DNA of 64,000 bases, from assembly GCA_017499595.2 (NCBI GenBank), contig CM039007.1:2604001-2668000 (forward strand), read 5' to 3'. Shown one piece after another: positions 53,351 to 64,000 of the stretch. A model generated the notes under the pieces. The model had not been told where the DNA came from. It did no database searches and worked only from the letters and a program-made list of their open reading frames with translations. Made by a program: the position numbers and the translations under genes. The stretch comes from Psilocybe cubensis (lineage: Eukaryota). The number at the start of each line of letters is the position of its first letter. Positions within the stretch are counted from its first letter, which is position 1.

Positions 53351-53750
53351 CTAGCGCGTTATACGCTGGCATTCGGGGAATGGGACTTGGAACATGTTCT
53401 GGATGCGCCTTTCTTCGATTACGACCTGTCGAACTTGTTCAGACATGCCAAACGATATTGTCATAACACGACTACGTACCTCAGCGCAACCGCAATTGTT
53501 GGCAGTTTTGTGCTTGTGGGCGCGACTGGTTTTGCAACAATCATTGTTACAGTCCAGAGTTTCGCCGGTGTAGTAGCGTCCATGGAAATGCTGATAACAG
53601 AGAGAAAGTCAGTCAAAAACCTGTATGAAGAGTAGAACGTGAAGTACCCCGCAGCCCCTATAAAAATCGCCAATTCTGAAAGGGGGTTTTGTGAGACGAA
53701 CGCAAGACGCGCCAAGAAGAAAGGAGAACGTACATCTCGTGTTTGCACAT
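53351..53750 (-). CDS. 76-aa Cys/His-rich small protein, 4 exons (not in the ORF track)
   Basis: Exons 53750-53734, 53675-53648, 53590-53480 and 53425-53351 (17+28+111+75 nt) with canonical GT-AG give MCKHEIIGDFYRGCGHFHGRYYTGETLDCNNDCCKTSRAHKHKTANNCGCAEVVIEERRIQNMFQVPFPECQRITR*. Confidence 0.75.
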
Positions 53751-56700
53751 TCTAGCTGATAATAGCAATTAAGATTAGTTGGGTGGGCGAACTGTGGAGG
53801 CGAAGGCCTTTTTGTTGAGCACTGGTTGCTCGAAATTGTGGTAGTGAAAGAACGAACTGGACTAGCTGAAATGGGATGGGTTTTATACGCGACCGGACTT
53901 GAAACGCTTGGGAATAATTAGGGTTACTTCCAGGCTGAGCCGTGTCATCTTGTGGGGACGGAGACATGATGCGAATTTTTTACTTGAATTCAATGACAAA
54001 TTTAATGTCTCTTGCTGGGCAGATTCACTGAGATTTCGGTAGATTCCCATATATTATTTACTAATATTTAATATCTTGCATGTCAATCTCCCAGATTCTC
54101 ATATCGGCAACCCCCACGTGGCAACTGATCAAGGGTCATTACTAAATTGTAGTCAGAAGGCACGCGGCCTTGATAACACTAGCTTTACCTTTCACGACCA
54201 TAATATAACTCCAGCAATGCGGCGGGCGGTGTGCATAACGTCTTCAAGAGTCATAACCTCATGCATTCCTGCTCGCTATTCTTTCTAGGTCTGTCAATTG
54301 CTTAATATCAACACTAGACAACAAGTCCCGTACCGTGAAAGTCATGGGTCCTCGGAGGCATAGAATCGTGTTACATTTATGGCGGTTTGGGGTTCAAACA
54401 GAAATCTGGCATGTTGGTCCCTTTTCCTAAATTTCCGCATCCGCAGGCCATTCTAACCAGAATGCCAGAAAGGACATATAACATGGGACTTTTTAGTACT
54501 TTTGGCTCGCGGATCGTCAAAAGCGTTCAGCAGTCGTGAGATGTCTTCGGCCCCATCGTATGCTTACTGGTCCCGAATTCAAGCCCGAGAGGCGGCTTGC
54601 AATTATTGGTTGCTGACTACCGGTGACAAGAAAAAATGTGCCACATAAATATCAGAATATTCACCGATACGTACAGATCGTCGTGATCTCCAGGTATCCT
54701 CAGGTTCCTTGCGTTCGCGCATTGAATAGACTGTGAGTGTGGGTTTATTTCGGTCAATAAACCGCATCGGTCGCATGCGCAGGTGGTGCGCCAGTCCATG
54801 TCTGGGTTCGGACTTTCCAAATTGGTCCATATAAGCGCTCATCAACCGATTGCCACAAATCCCGAAGCTGAATATTCGCGTACAGTCGACAGGGCTCCGT
54901 ATATGAGACTCACACGCATGAGAAAAGGCTCGGAGAATAGGTGTTTCTGAATCTATATGCCTGAGGGGACAAAACTAACAGCGCACCGTTTCATGTGTGT
55001 TTGACAGCGTATGCGTTAAAAAGGACTAAATATATTGAAGAGCCATATAAAACGGGAGGGTAAACGTTCTTCAGGGTTAGGATCGGTAGGAAGAATCCCG
55101 CTACTATCTTAATACACCCAAAAAAGAGTTGAAGACGGCATTTGAAGAAGTCTTTACCTAATTTCCAAGGCATCAAGTAGTATGTAGCACACAGCCAGTA
55201 GGTATGTACGTTGCCAACAAGATTTAGCTCAGAAATCTTTAGTTCATACTTATTTTTAGGGGACTTACAGATGATTCAATTGCTGACTTATGAATAAATA
55301 AACCTACAAAAGGTATGTTTCTGCATCAAAGCTTATAGCTATTTTCATATCGATAGACCTATTAACTAAATTTACACATACACGGACAACGAATTTTTTT
55401 GAGCGGAACATGAAATCTGAAGACGGTAAAATCACGGAAACTCGCAAAATCGTCAATGAGTATTTACAAAAAGTCGAGCTATGAAAACTAAGATCAATAC
55501 CACCACATTAGCAGCACCCCTAAAGCCATTCCCTTCTCAAACTTGAAAGGTATGTCGACGCTTTGCTGCCAGATCGTACCATAGTTTGACATAAACTCAA
55601 CATCGGAGGATTCCTTATGGAACTAGGTAACCCAAAAATTAAATTCAAGGCCGACTGTATGAATATATTTTAAGGTTGGACCTATCGATATGAAAATAGC
55701 TGTAAACAGAGGTTTCTGACATGTACACCGGCCGTAGATTCAGATATAGCAAGCGCAACCATTCAAAGGGAAGACATAAATAAGTATGAGAACATTGGCA
55801 TATGGCGGGAACGGGTACAAAAGCTACCACGAGTCTCATAATGTCTCCCCGAGCTGCCACGTTGAAACCATGTGTTTTAGTGCGAGCGGACCCTGCCGCG
55901 GTTGTGCCTAAGCAAATGCTGAGATGGGGGTAAACAGGGGCCCACTGTCGCCCACACATCCGTCTTCGCGTAAGTAGCACCAGATATATACTTTGAAGTT
56001 TGAAAATATGTAAAGCTTGAATAAGTCATGGACAGCGAGGTTGAAGATAATTAAGAGGATAAGCTTAAAATACTGCCTTAGGGTTCTGCAAGACTCCTGA
56101 GAAGAGCAAATTTAGAGTGTTAGGGGGAAAGCGGCATGCCAGGGTCCATAATTCGGTTCAGTCTACGAGAGTAACTTGTTCCTTGTTATTATCCATCAAC
56201 CCCCGCCCCTGCAACATACTTGTAGGCAACGGAACTGACATCCAGACTTTTGGCAGTTCCGAAAGCGGTACGCAACAACTGAGATAACGAAACACCTCGT
56301 TAAACTGTTAGTTCTGTCGGACTGTACTCAGCAAAACACAGTAAGACTCGCCGTTGGACCGCGGGAGGATTCAATTTATTCTCCATTCCCATATCGTCGC
56401 TTCCGAAAACACACGAGTCATGACAGAACAATGTGTCAACGCTACTTCAATCAGCTGTTTCAAACCATGCTGGCAATAATAACTGTCCTAAACTCACTGT
56501 TGGAATGGCACCACACAATTCGCCTTTCCGTATTCTGCGTGATCCCGCATGTTTTCTTGATGACGAACTTGAAGGTGGGTGCTGGATGTCGAACGCGGTT
56601 GGTTGGGCAAATTAGTGTGGCGGGTTGCTATGAATATGTAAGATTTTATGATCGCCGTGGTGTCTTGGTAGAAGAGGACCTGGGCGGTCTCAAGCAGTAT

Positions 56701-58387
56701 GTAGACCGTCGAACAGATGTCGGGATGTACTCAGATATCGACGAGATTCGGACATCTGGCGCGCTTCAAGGTCGGACCTCCAATTTCTCTGCATGAGCCG
56801 CTGCTTTTCTTGAATGTCTTTCTTTCCCATTCCACCATGTTGTAGGCACAACCCACAATCCCACAAGGAAGATCGTCAAACAATCCCCTCTCTACACTGG
56901 CCTGGTGATACGCGTTTCTTGGTGGCGATGATCGTGTTACATCAGGGGACGACTTCACTGGAAATACGATACCGAGTCGAGGCTTCATTTCTCTCTAGCT
57001 AGACCTTCTAGTTCTCGGTCCAGTCCTACTGGACCTCCATGGAGCTGCCAGATCTTCTCGAGGCTCGCGCGCTGGCAAATATGCCTCTGAAGCACACCCA
57101 CATGTAACAGTAGGACCTCTGGAAGGATTCCGGTTGGCTCCATTACCTTTAAATCTTCTGGTCCCTATTATTAACCCAGGAGATGTGTTGCCGAACCAAT
57201 GACAATGCGATACCGACGACGCCGAATGCGAATTTTAATCGGAATGGCGCGAATGATCACGAAAATCTAGACGCGTGCACGGGCGGGTGCTCGACGCGCT
57301 TTCTGTCTTCAACATTCCGTTTATGGCTAACCGTTCCCCTGGATGTTTCTCCCAGGTTGTCTTTTCGTAAGATTGACGCGGTCATTGGGGTGATGTCATG
57401 CTATTGCTATCTCCTCCTGGATGTTCTGGCGCCACCCGCAGCTGGTATACTTCACTTATTCAGTCAACACAGAGTACTCGCAGGCTTTAACAGTTGTTCG
57501 GGATCTTCTTGCTATAACGAGGATTTACCGTTGCGGTCGCTTCTCAGAGATGACCGGCGGCCGAGGTGGCCTTGCCGACCTCTGCTCATCTTTTACCATT
57601 GCCCTGTGGACAACTTCGTATCTATGGGCCAAAGGTAAAGTATGCCATGGAGCCAAGGCGTTCTGCGAGGGAATTTGCCGCTTAAAAGCCGCTCACAAAC
57701 AATCTCTTTTTGTGTAGCAGTGATTACTGTCGTCCGAAAAAAGTGGAGGAGGTCTGTATTGACGATTTTCGACCAAAGCTCCTCCAAGCGAGCGCGATGA
57801 GTTCACTCCGAGGAAAATCCGCTTTGGTGATGTTCAGGCTGTAACCCTATTGAACGGGGGGAAGCTTGGTCTGCTAGGTTACATCAAGTTTTCACCAAGG
57901 TCCCCCTCAAAGGTACCAACTGGGATTTTCTGCTCTCTTTCTATGGCTGGAATATCTTGCTTGAACGGAACACTTATCGATCAAAAAGTATTCTGTCATC
58001 ACTCACTGCCTCCCGGTATCGTGCACTGTCTAATGTTGCCTGTTTGTGATATTCCAGCCGTTGTTGAAGAAATTCATATCTTCCGGAATGCGTGATACTT
58101 ATCTTGTTTGCTCGAGGACCCTTCACGTGTGGCGTGGGTTGTGGCTCTTTGACATCGATGGCAGCGATGAGAACCTCGCCAAGCTCAAACCTTCTGGTTT
58201 ACTCACTGATATACAAAATGTAAATAATTATCAATTATACTACGATTGCTAGGATCTCGAAAGCGCGACTAAATGCTCGAAAACACGATGAACGACAATT
58301 CTAACTACAGAATGCTGGGATAACTTATATGTATCGGGTATCGAACTGCAATGACAGGTCCGTTTCCTGACTTCCTCCCTGGTATCA

Positions 58388-59202
58388 TTATTTATGCATC
58401 AGGCCTACGACTTTCACCAGTCCAATTGCCAGTGTTACGACAAGTGCGAGGCCAATCAGAACCTTCAACAAGGTAGGACTCGAGCCGCGTGCGATCCAGT
58501 CTGATCGACGCAAATGGGCCTGCTCTGCATGTTGCCGCACCACTGGCAACCGCCGACTGTCCGAGGAGCTCTTCAGGAGCGACAATGTGCGCCTGCCTGC
58601 GGGGAGGATTCGGCTCAGCTCCAGCGTACGTATGCAAATAAACGTACGAAATAATTCACGAAGCTTTGCGAGAGACCGCCAGTACGATCTGTGTTCCACA
58701 GTCGTAGGCGCGCGCGCTTCGGCGTATGGGGGAGGCTGGTGATTTGGGCTTATTCGACTGTAAGACGGCAATTCCGGTTCCCCCTCGAGAGTTTCAATGT
58801 CCCTTGCTTCTAGATGCGGTTGTACAGTGTGAGAGAAACTTGCACTGCTCCTGCTTCGAGCGCTTTGTTGGTGCAGGAGATCCACCAGGTTGCGGGGATT
58901 CGTTGACGCCCGAGTATAGACTGGTGTGGGTATTGCTGGAACAGTTGGAAAAGTCGGCACACCACTTCCCTGAATTGCTCCTACAGTGTCCGCATATGTT
59001 GTGCTATTGTCGTTGGCTGCCGGAACGCTGTTTGAAGCTGAATTAGACGACAGACGATTATGGAATGAGCATATCGAGCGGTACATTATATCCGTTATCA
59101 TTACTCTAGTCTTGTATTGATAGATAGATGAAGATGTTAAACTGATTAGGTTGTGGTTAAGGGTAGTAGCCTTCACGCTCACTTTATGAGCTGTGAAGAC
59201 AT
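58388..59202 (-). CDS. Predicted C-terminally anchored membrane protein with PY motifs; start uncertain
   Basis: Long ORF containing LPSY and PPPY motifs and a C-terminal hydrophobic segment VLIGLALVVTLAIGLVKVVGL. Confidence 0.55.
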
Positions 59203-59800
59203 TCTAGCTGTGCTTTCGGTGCACTGCCAGTCCTGAATAGGTACGACTACGCTGCCTCATGTTTTCATCACCCTGTGGACCGATATGCACGCATTTCAAG
59301 GCCATGGAAAGCAGGAATCAAGTGAGTAAGCTCGAAAAACACCACCCGGAAAAGATCTTTGGGCCAGTAGCATCCGCCAGCTTGCGATAAAATAAGGCAA
59401 TCTATAAATAAACAGTGCTTAGATGGAATATGCCAGCAGCCATTGGGCAAACATAGTCCGGCACGTATGTCGAGGGCTAATAACGACTGGTCATGAACTC
59501 CTGGGCGAAATAAATCTTAAAGCTTGCTTGGCAGAAAAGTTGCACTTGCATTTACTGATTGGATGTAAGTAAAATAAGGGCAGTTCTGGGACCACGAGGC
59601 AACCATGTTTAGAGTCATGTTATATCTAGTTAAAGTCCACATAAAGCGTTCCGCAGTCCGCGTCCAGAGAAAAAAAATCCAAAAAATCAAAAGCATTGCA
59701 AGTTCAGATATCTGGGTCGTCAGTGTCGTAGAAGGCATTGGTTGTAGTGTAGGTGACGGCGTAAGACGCATGGTTCGTGTGTTGGTCCAATTGTGTTGTT

Positions 59801-60203
59801 TTAGTTCTTACGGAACCTAGACAAGAAACCACCGGTGGGCTTTGACATGGGGTACGAACTAGTAGCACCCGACATGCGGTCACGGCGGCGGCCAAAGCAG
59901 ACAGTAAACCCAGCGAGGACAAGGAGTATGAGGGTGACAAATGTCATCCAGAAGCCTGATAAATCTGTTAGATCGTTTACGGTGGGAAATTTGGAGCAAA
60001 TGACGAACCTGGTGCAGTGTTAGTGTTCGCTCCAATTCCAAGGCCATTCATCGCGTGGCGAACGAGGGCATAAAGCGCGATATCAATAGCGAATGCTATC
60101 AGCGTCAGAAGCGCCGCTAAGAAGGACATTAACGACGCGAGCAGAGTTACTGTTGTATGAGTGGAGAATGATAGGAGAAGCGCGACAAAGATGGCCGCGG
60201 TAG
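59801..60203 (-). CDS. Last two exons of a PalI/Rim9/SUR7-family membrane protein; upstream exons lie beyond the LTR insertion
   Basis: Exons 60203-60009 and 59955-59801 splice to ATAAIFVALLLSFSTHTTVTLLASLMSFLAALLTLIAFAIDIALYALVRHAM...NTNTAPGFWMTFVTLILLVLAGFTVCFGRRRDRM...FRKN*. Confidence 0.8.
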
Positions 60204-60209
60204 CTACAT

Positions 60210-60495
60210 TGTAGGGATTTGGATACGCGTGCGCGCGACGCGACTCACAACAAACACGTCACATGACGCTTGCGGACACACTCACTTGGCATCGTCGACG
60301 CCATATGGCCACAGCATAGACGCGTAGTCAGTAGTTAGCACCTTACCGGAGACGTCGTTACACACCGAAGGACGTATCGAATCATATTTCCTATTTTTTT
60401 CCCATCTCTTTCCGTGCTAAACACATAAATATCTACAAAACTCTGTCCGTACTCAGGCTACTTTGTCCTCTCTCGAACTCGCCCCCTTCCCTACA
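60210..60495 (+). repeat. 5' LTR (286 bp) of a Ty3/Gypsy retrotransposon
   Basis: Perfect 8-bp inverted termini TGTAGGGA...TCCCTACA, followed after 2 nt by a PBS-like TGG sequence. Confidence 0.85.
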
Positions 60496-60497
60496 TC

Positions 60498-60513
60498 TGG
60501 AGCCCACCGCGAG
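60498..60513 (+). promoter_or_regulatory. Putative primer binding site (tRNA not assigned)
   Basis: TGGAGCCCACCGCGAG lies 2 nt after the LTR end. TGG is complementary to the tRNA CCA end. Confidence 0.6.
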
Positions 60514-61445
60514 GGGACAAAACCAGTAAAACCGGTTTTGCCCGCCCCCTTGTCCGTTAAACCCCGTGTCACTGAGGAACTGTCAATATTGCCTCAAACA
60601 GCGGAAGTTCGACATCCCAACCGGTTCGAGGCTCCTTTCTCAAGAAGGGCTCGGGAATTCGATCTTCTTCTGGGAAAGTGATACCCAAGTTAGCTCCAAG
60701 GAAAGGGAAGAAAAAGGACGACGAATCTGAGTACAAACCATCGTCGAAAGCCAGCAGTTCTAACTCGTTATTACCCACCTCGGAAGCACCTCGAAATCGC
60801 CGCAACATTGCACCTGTCAGTTATAGGGAGCGATCTGCGTCTGTTAGTCCACAGGACGCTAACGAGCTCACTGTCAACGCACCAAATACTGACCCTATCA
60901 CACCTACGCCAACCCAATTTTCGTTTCGACACGCACCACCACCGTTATTCAATCGGTTCTCATTTCCACAAGGTACATTCCCAGGAGCGTGGTCTGTTGC
61001 AACACCACCAAGTGTACCACGACTAGCGTCGATTGAAGAGCCGGTTGACGAACCTCGTGAAGACGAATTTGATAGCGCCAAAGAGTGGCAAACATCGGAC
61101 GGCGATTTCTTACCAGAACTCGATTTCAACGAGGAATCAGATCCACCACCAAGATCTATCAGATCTGAGTCGCCGGAGGCAAGGTCAGAATCAGGAGAAG
61201 AAGACAAAGAAGACGTTAACAAGGAACAGCAAGTAGGAGAAGAAACGAAGCAAGACGAAGAAGATCAGCAACAGCAAGACGAGTTCAAAGCAACCGACGT
61301 ACCAGCTCCAGCTAAACAAGACAGCCAGACATCCAACAAAGAAGAACCAAAGTCGTTACAAGTCCCTATACCCGAATCCCAATCAGGAGAATTGAAGAAA
61401 GAAGAATCGAAAGAAGAGAAGGACGCACCAAAGACAAATAACAAC

Positions 61446-64000
61446 ATGGTTCAACCAGGAGGATCGACGACAACCTTTTTGAAGGAGATGCCAGCGCCGG
61501 GCTCGAGTAAAGCACCTAGCTGGTCAGGAGATGTAGATGAGCTGGAGGACTTTCTGGGGAAGTTCGAAAGGTTAGCAAAGACGGCGGGGTTAAATGACGA
61601 GATGATGGCAGAGGCAGTGGTGGACTATTTGAGGAAAGAGTCAGATGTGAAGTTCTGGAAAACTTTCAAGGGTTACCGATTGGACCGACCACGGAGCTTC
61701 AAGGCAATGAAGGAGAAGTTAAAGGAGGAATATCCGTGGATGACAAAGGGTGGGAGTTACACGGTGGACGACTTGACGAGAGTGATTGCCAAAGCGACAA
61801 AGGGCAGTGGCATCAGGACCAGTGTCGAGCTCACCGAGTACAATAAAAACTTTGAACCAATTGGTCTCTGGCTAGTCAAACAAGGCGAGATCACTGAAGA
61901 CGAATTGAACGAGTACTTCTGGATGGGCTTACCGCCTCGCCTTCAAGACCGGGTGGAAGTGCAGATGGGGGGGAAGAAAATAGGGTTGACGGGAAGGATG
62001 GCAGCTCCAGCGGTGGAGGATGTGTTGAAAACGGCGAGGCTGTTATTAGACGAGGATGTAGGGAAAGGGAAGAGAGCTGAGCGAGAGGAGAAGTTGAGGA
62101 GGGCACAGAAGAAGCTGAAGAAGAAGGAAAAGCGGCGGAAGAAGAAACATGAGAGCAGCTCATCGGATTCATCATTGGATTCAGAAACCGAGTCAGAAAC
62201 CGAGTCTGTGTCATCGGACACATCAGAATCATACACTGAATCGTCAGATAGTGAGGACGAGAGGAGGAAGAGGAGGAGAAAGGAGAAGCGACGGGATGCA
62301 AAGGAGAAGAAGAAGAAAAAGAGAGAAAAAGAGAGGGAGAGGGAGAGGGAGAAGGATAGAGAGCTGGCGGAGTTGAGGGCAAGATCAGAGAGGCGGAAGG
62401 AAGAGGAGATTGCAAAGGTGAAAGAGGAGGAGGATGTGGTGCGAACTCGACGAGTCTCATTTGGCGAACCAAAGAAGAAGACTCGAGAAGAGGATATTGG
62501 TGACTTGACACGCAAGCTAGCAGGATTGAAAGTTGGCGACGCAAATTATGCTGCAACCTACGGTCAACTCTGTGCTATGGACCCAAACGCGCATATCTGG
62601 ATACCAACACTACTGGCAACAACTCAGCAGGCGGCAGCAACAAACATGGCAGTACACGCACCCTATCAGCCACAATTTGCACCAACGTATCAAACTCAGG
62701 CTTATCATACGCAGGCACAAACATTCGCCGCTCCGCAAATGCAAATCCCACCACCAATACAATACGCCCAGGCGGGTATGTCAGGCCCAAGTTCAAACAG
62801 CTGCTATTTCTGCAAAAAAGGACAACATCGCATACGTGACTGTGTAGCCGCAGCCGAATACGTTAAAGTTGGCCGCATCATGTGGTTTGGAACTCCAGCT
62901 CGATTGACATATGCAAACGGAGAGCCTATCCGTTTTGAATATGGGCAGAGTTTGAAGGACGCTGTTGATAAGCGGTTCGGGTCAGCAGTTCCAACCCCAG
63001 GTCAAGAAGGGTGGCAGAGGGATCAACCACCACATGTCAATGTTGCAACAAGCGGTTATTATACGCAGACTACCAGAAACGCTAAGACATACACCACAGG
63101 GCGCAATGGAGAACAAGTGAAAGTGGAAGCAAGTAGCGGGCGGAAGAAAACAGTGGAGGAAGTGCGAAACGAGTGGAAGGAGATCCCATGGGAGAACGGG
63201 TACGAAAGCGAGGGCAAAGTGGAGTGGATGGCATGGCAAGAGGTGGCCACAGCGGAGGCATTGCTGCAGACACGAAGCGGGAAGAAGACGGGTGATGATG
63301 ATGAGGAGAGCGGGAGGAAGGAGCAGGAAAAGAGGATAGAGAGAGAGATGAAGGAGAGAAAAGGAAAGGCAAGGGCGGAGGAGGGAGAAGGACACCACAC
63401 TGACATCAAACACATCCGTTTCGATCCCAATGCCATTCAGCGAGGAGGACACGAGAAAGCATACACATACGAGTCCAGCATATCTGATCCAAAAGCGGCT
63501 TTGAAGATGGCAGAGAAAATCTTCAAAACTATTATACCTGAGGTTACGGTCGGCGATATTTACGCACTCAGCGGGGACGTACGAAAAACAATGGTTGAGA
63601 AACTCAAGGTTGTGCGAGTACCTAACGAGGCATTCCCCAAAACCTCACTATTGGATACAGAAAAGAAGTCAGCAACGACAGCAACAACAGGAGCGGCTAC
63701 CTTCAAGATGCCAACACTCGAATACTGTACACCACTTCGGGAAATTGATGTCGTTGTATGCGGGACGGTTGCATCGGTCGGGTTGTTAGATGAAGGGTCA
63801 GAGATTGTGGTGATAAGGAAAGACTTGTGGGAGAGAACAGGGCACAGCGTCAACAAAGAGCAACAAATGACAATGGAAACAGCGACCGGCGAAAAGGAGG
63901 AGATGGGAGGATGTGCCGAGTTTATGGAGATTGAGGTCGGAGGCATTGCATCAATGGTACACGCTTTCATCGCACCTCTCGATGCCCCATTCGAGTTGCT
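61446..64000 (+). CDS. gag: Gag-protease polyprotein (partial; frame open from 60576 to the window end)
   Basis: MPAPGSSKAPSWSGDVDELEDFLGKFERLA, zinc knuckle CYFCKKGQHRIRDC at 62802 and aspartic protease LLDEGSEIVVI at 63783 are all in one frame with no stop. Confidence 0.9.
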   Translation, partial: MVQPGGSTTTFLKEMPAPGSSKAPSWSGDVDELEDFLGKFERLAKTAGLNDEMMAEAVVDYLRKESDVKFWKTFKGYRLDRPRSFKAMKEKLKEEYPWMTKGGSYTVDDLTRVIAKATKGSGIRTSVELTEYNKNFEPIGLWLVKQGEITEDELNEYFWMGLPPRLQDRVEVQMGGKKIGLTGRMAAPAVEDVLKTARLLLDEDVGKGKRAEREEKLRRAQKKLKKKEKRRKKKHESSSSDSSLDSETESETESVSSDTSESYTESSDSEDERRKRRRKEKRRDAKEKKKKKREKEREREREKDRELAELRARSERRKEEEIAKVKEEEDVVRTRRVSFGEPKKKTREEDIGDLTRKLAGLKVGDANYAATYGQLCAMDPNAHIWIPTLLATTQQAAATNMAVHAPYQPQFAPTYQTQAYHTQAQTFAAPQMQIPPPIQYAQAGMSGPSSNSCYFCKKGQHRIRDCVAAAEYVKVGRIMWFGTPARLTYANGEPIRFEYGQSLKDAVDKRFGSAVPTPGQEGWQRDQPPHVNVATSGYYTQTTRNAKTYTTGRNGEQVKVEASSGRKKTVEEVRNEWKEIPWENGYESEGKVEWMAWQEVATAEALLQTRSGKKTGDDDEESGRKEQEKRIEREMKERKGKARAEEGEGHHTDIKHIRFDPNAIQRGGHEKAYTYESSISDPKAALKMAEKIFKTIIPEVTVGDIYALSGDVRKTMVEKLKVVRVPNEAFPKTSLLDTEKKSATTATTGAATFKMPTLEYCTPLREIDVVVCGTVASVGLLDEGSEIVVIRKDLWERTGHSVNKEQQMTMETATGEKEEMGGCAEFMEIEVGGIASMVHAFIAPLDAPFEL

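Larger units (their letters stand above)
60210..64000 (+). mobile_element. Ty3/Gypsy LTR retrotransposon, 5' part; continues beyond the window
   Basis: LTR, PBS and an uninterrupted gag-protease ORF. Confidence 0.9.

Noticed and set aside
53461-53748. Hydrophobic 95-aa ORF resembling a membrane protein
   Set aside because: It reads through introns of the better-supported spliced Cys/His-rich gene.
56420-58250. Exon-like fragments on the plus strand
   Set aside because: In-frame stops in every assembly tried and no identifiable family. At most a degraded pseudogene.
61891-63970. Minus-strand Ser/Phe/Leu-rich ORFs
   Set aside because: Antisense of the purine-rich gag coding sequence.

Overview
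Eukaryotic, intron-rich fungal DNA. The ~50-60 nt GT-AG introns and the gene families point to an agaricomycete basidiomycete. Conserved genes: a BAR-SH3 protein, SNF12/RSC6-type SWIB subunit, TAH18, LCL3, a CE16/GDSL esterase, a Kin4-like kinase, H2A.Z, eIF2D/TMA64, DIM1, a BBC1/AIM3-like protein and the 3' end of a PalI/SUR7 gene. Between these lies accessory material: several F-box genes, an atypical kinase, a C2-NACHT-ankyrin NLR, a small secreted crystallin-like protein, a TA-flanked MITE and the 5' part of an intact Ty3/Gypsy element. Most notable: (1) a kinase-less KA1-only paralog just upstream of the Kin4-like kinase, with the same terminal intron; (2) an NLR where splicing a 58-nt intron gives a stop before the ankyrin array while retaining it keeps the frame; (3) a Gypsy insertion 6 nt from a PalI exon boundary; (4) an AUG-free 290-codon in-frame extension upstream of Gag; (5) several multi-exon small genes invisible to the ORF track. 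All exon structures were inferred by eye.
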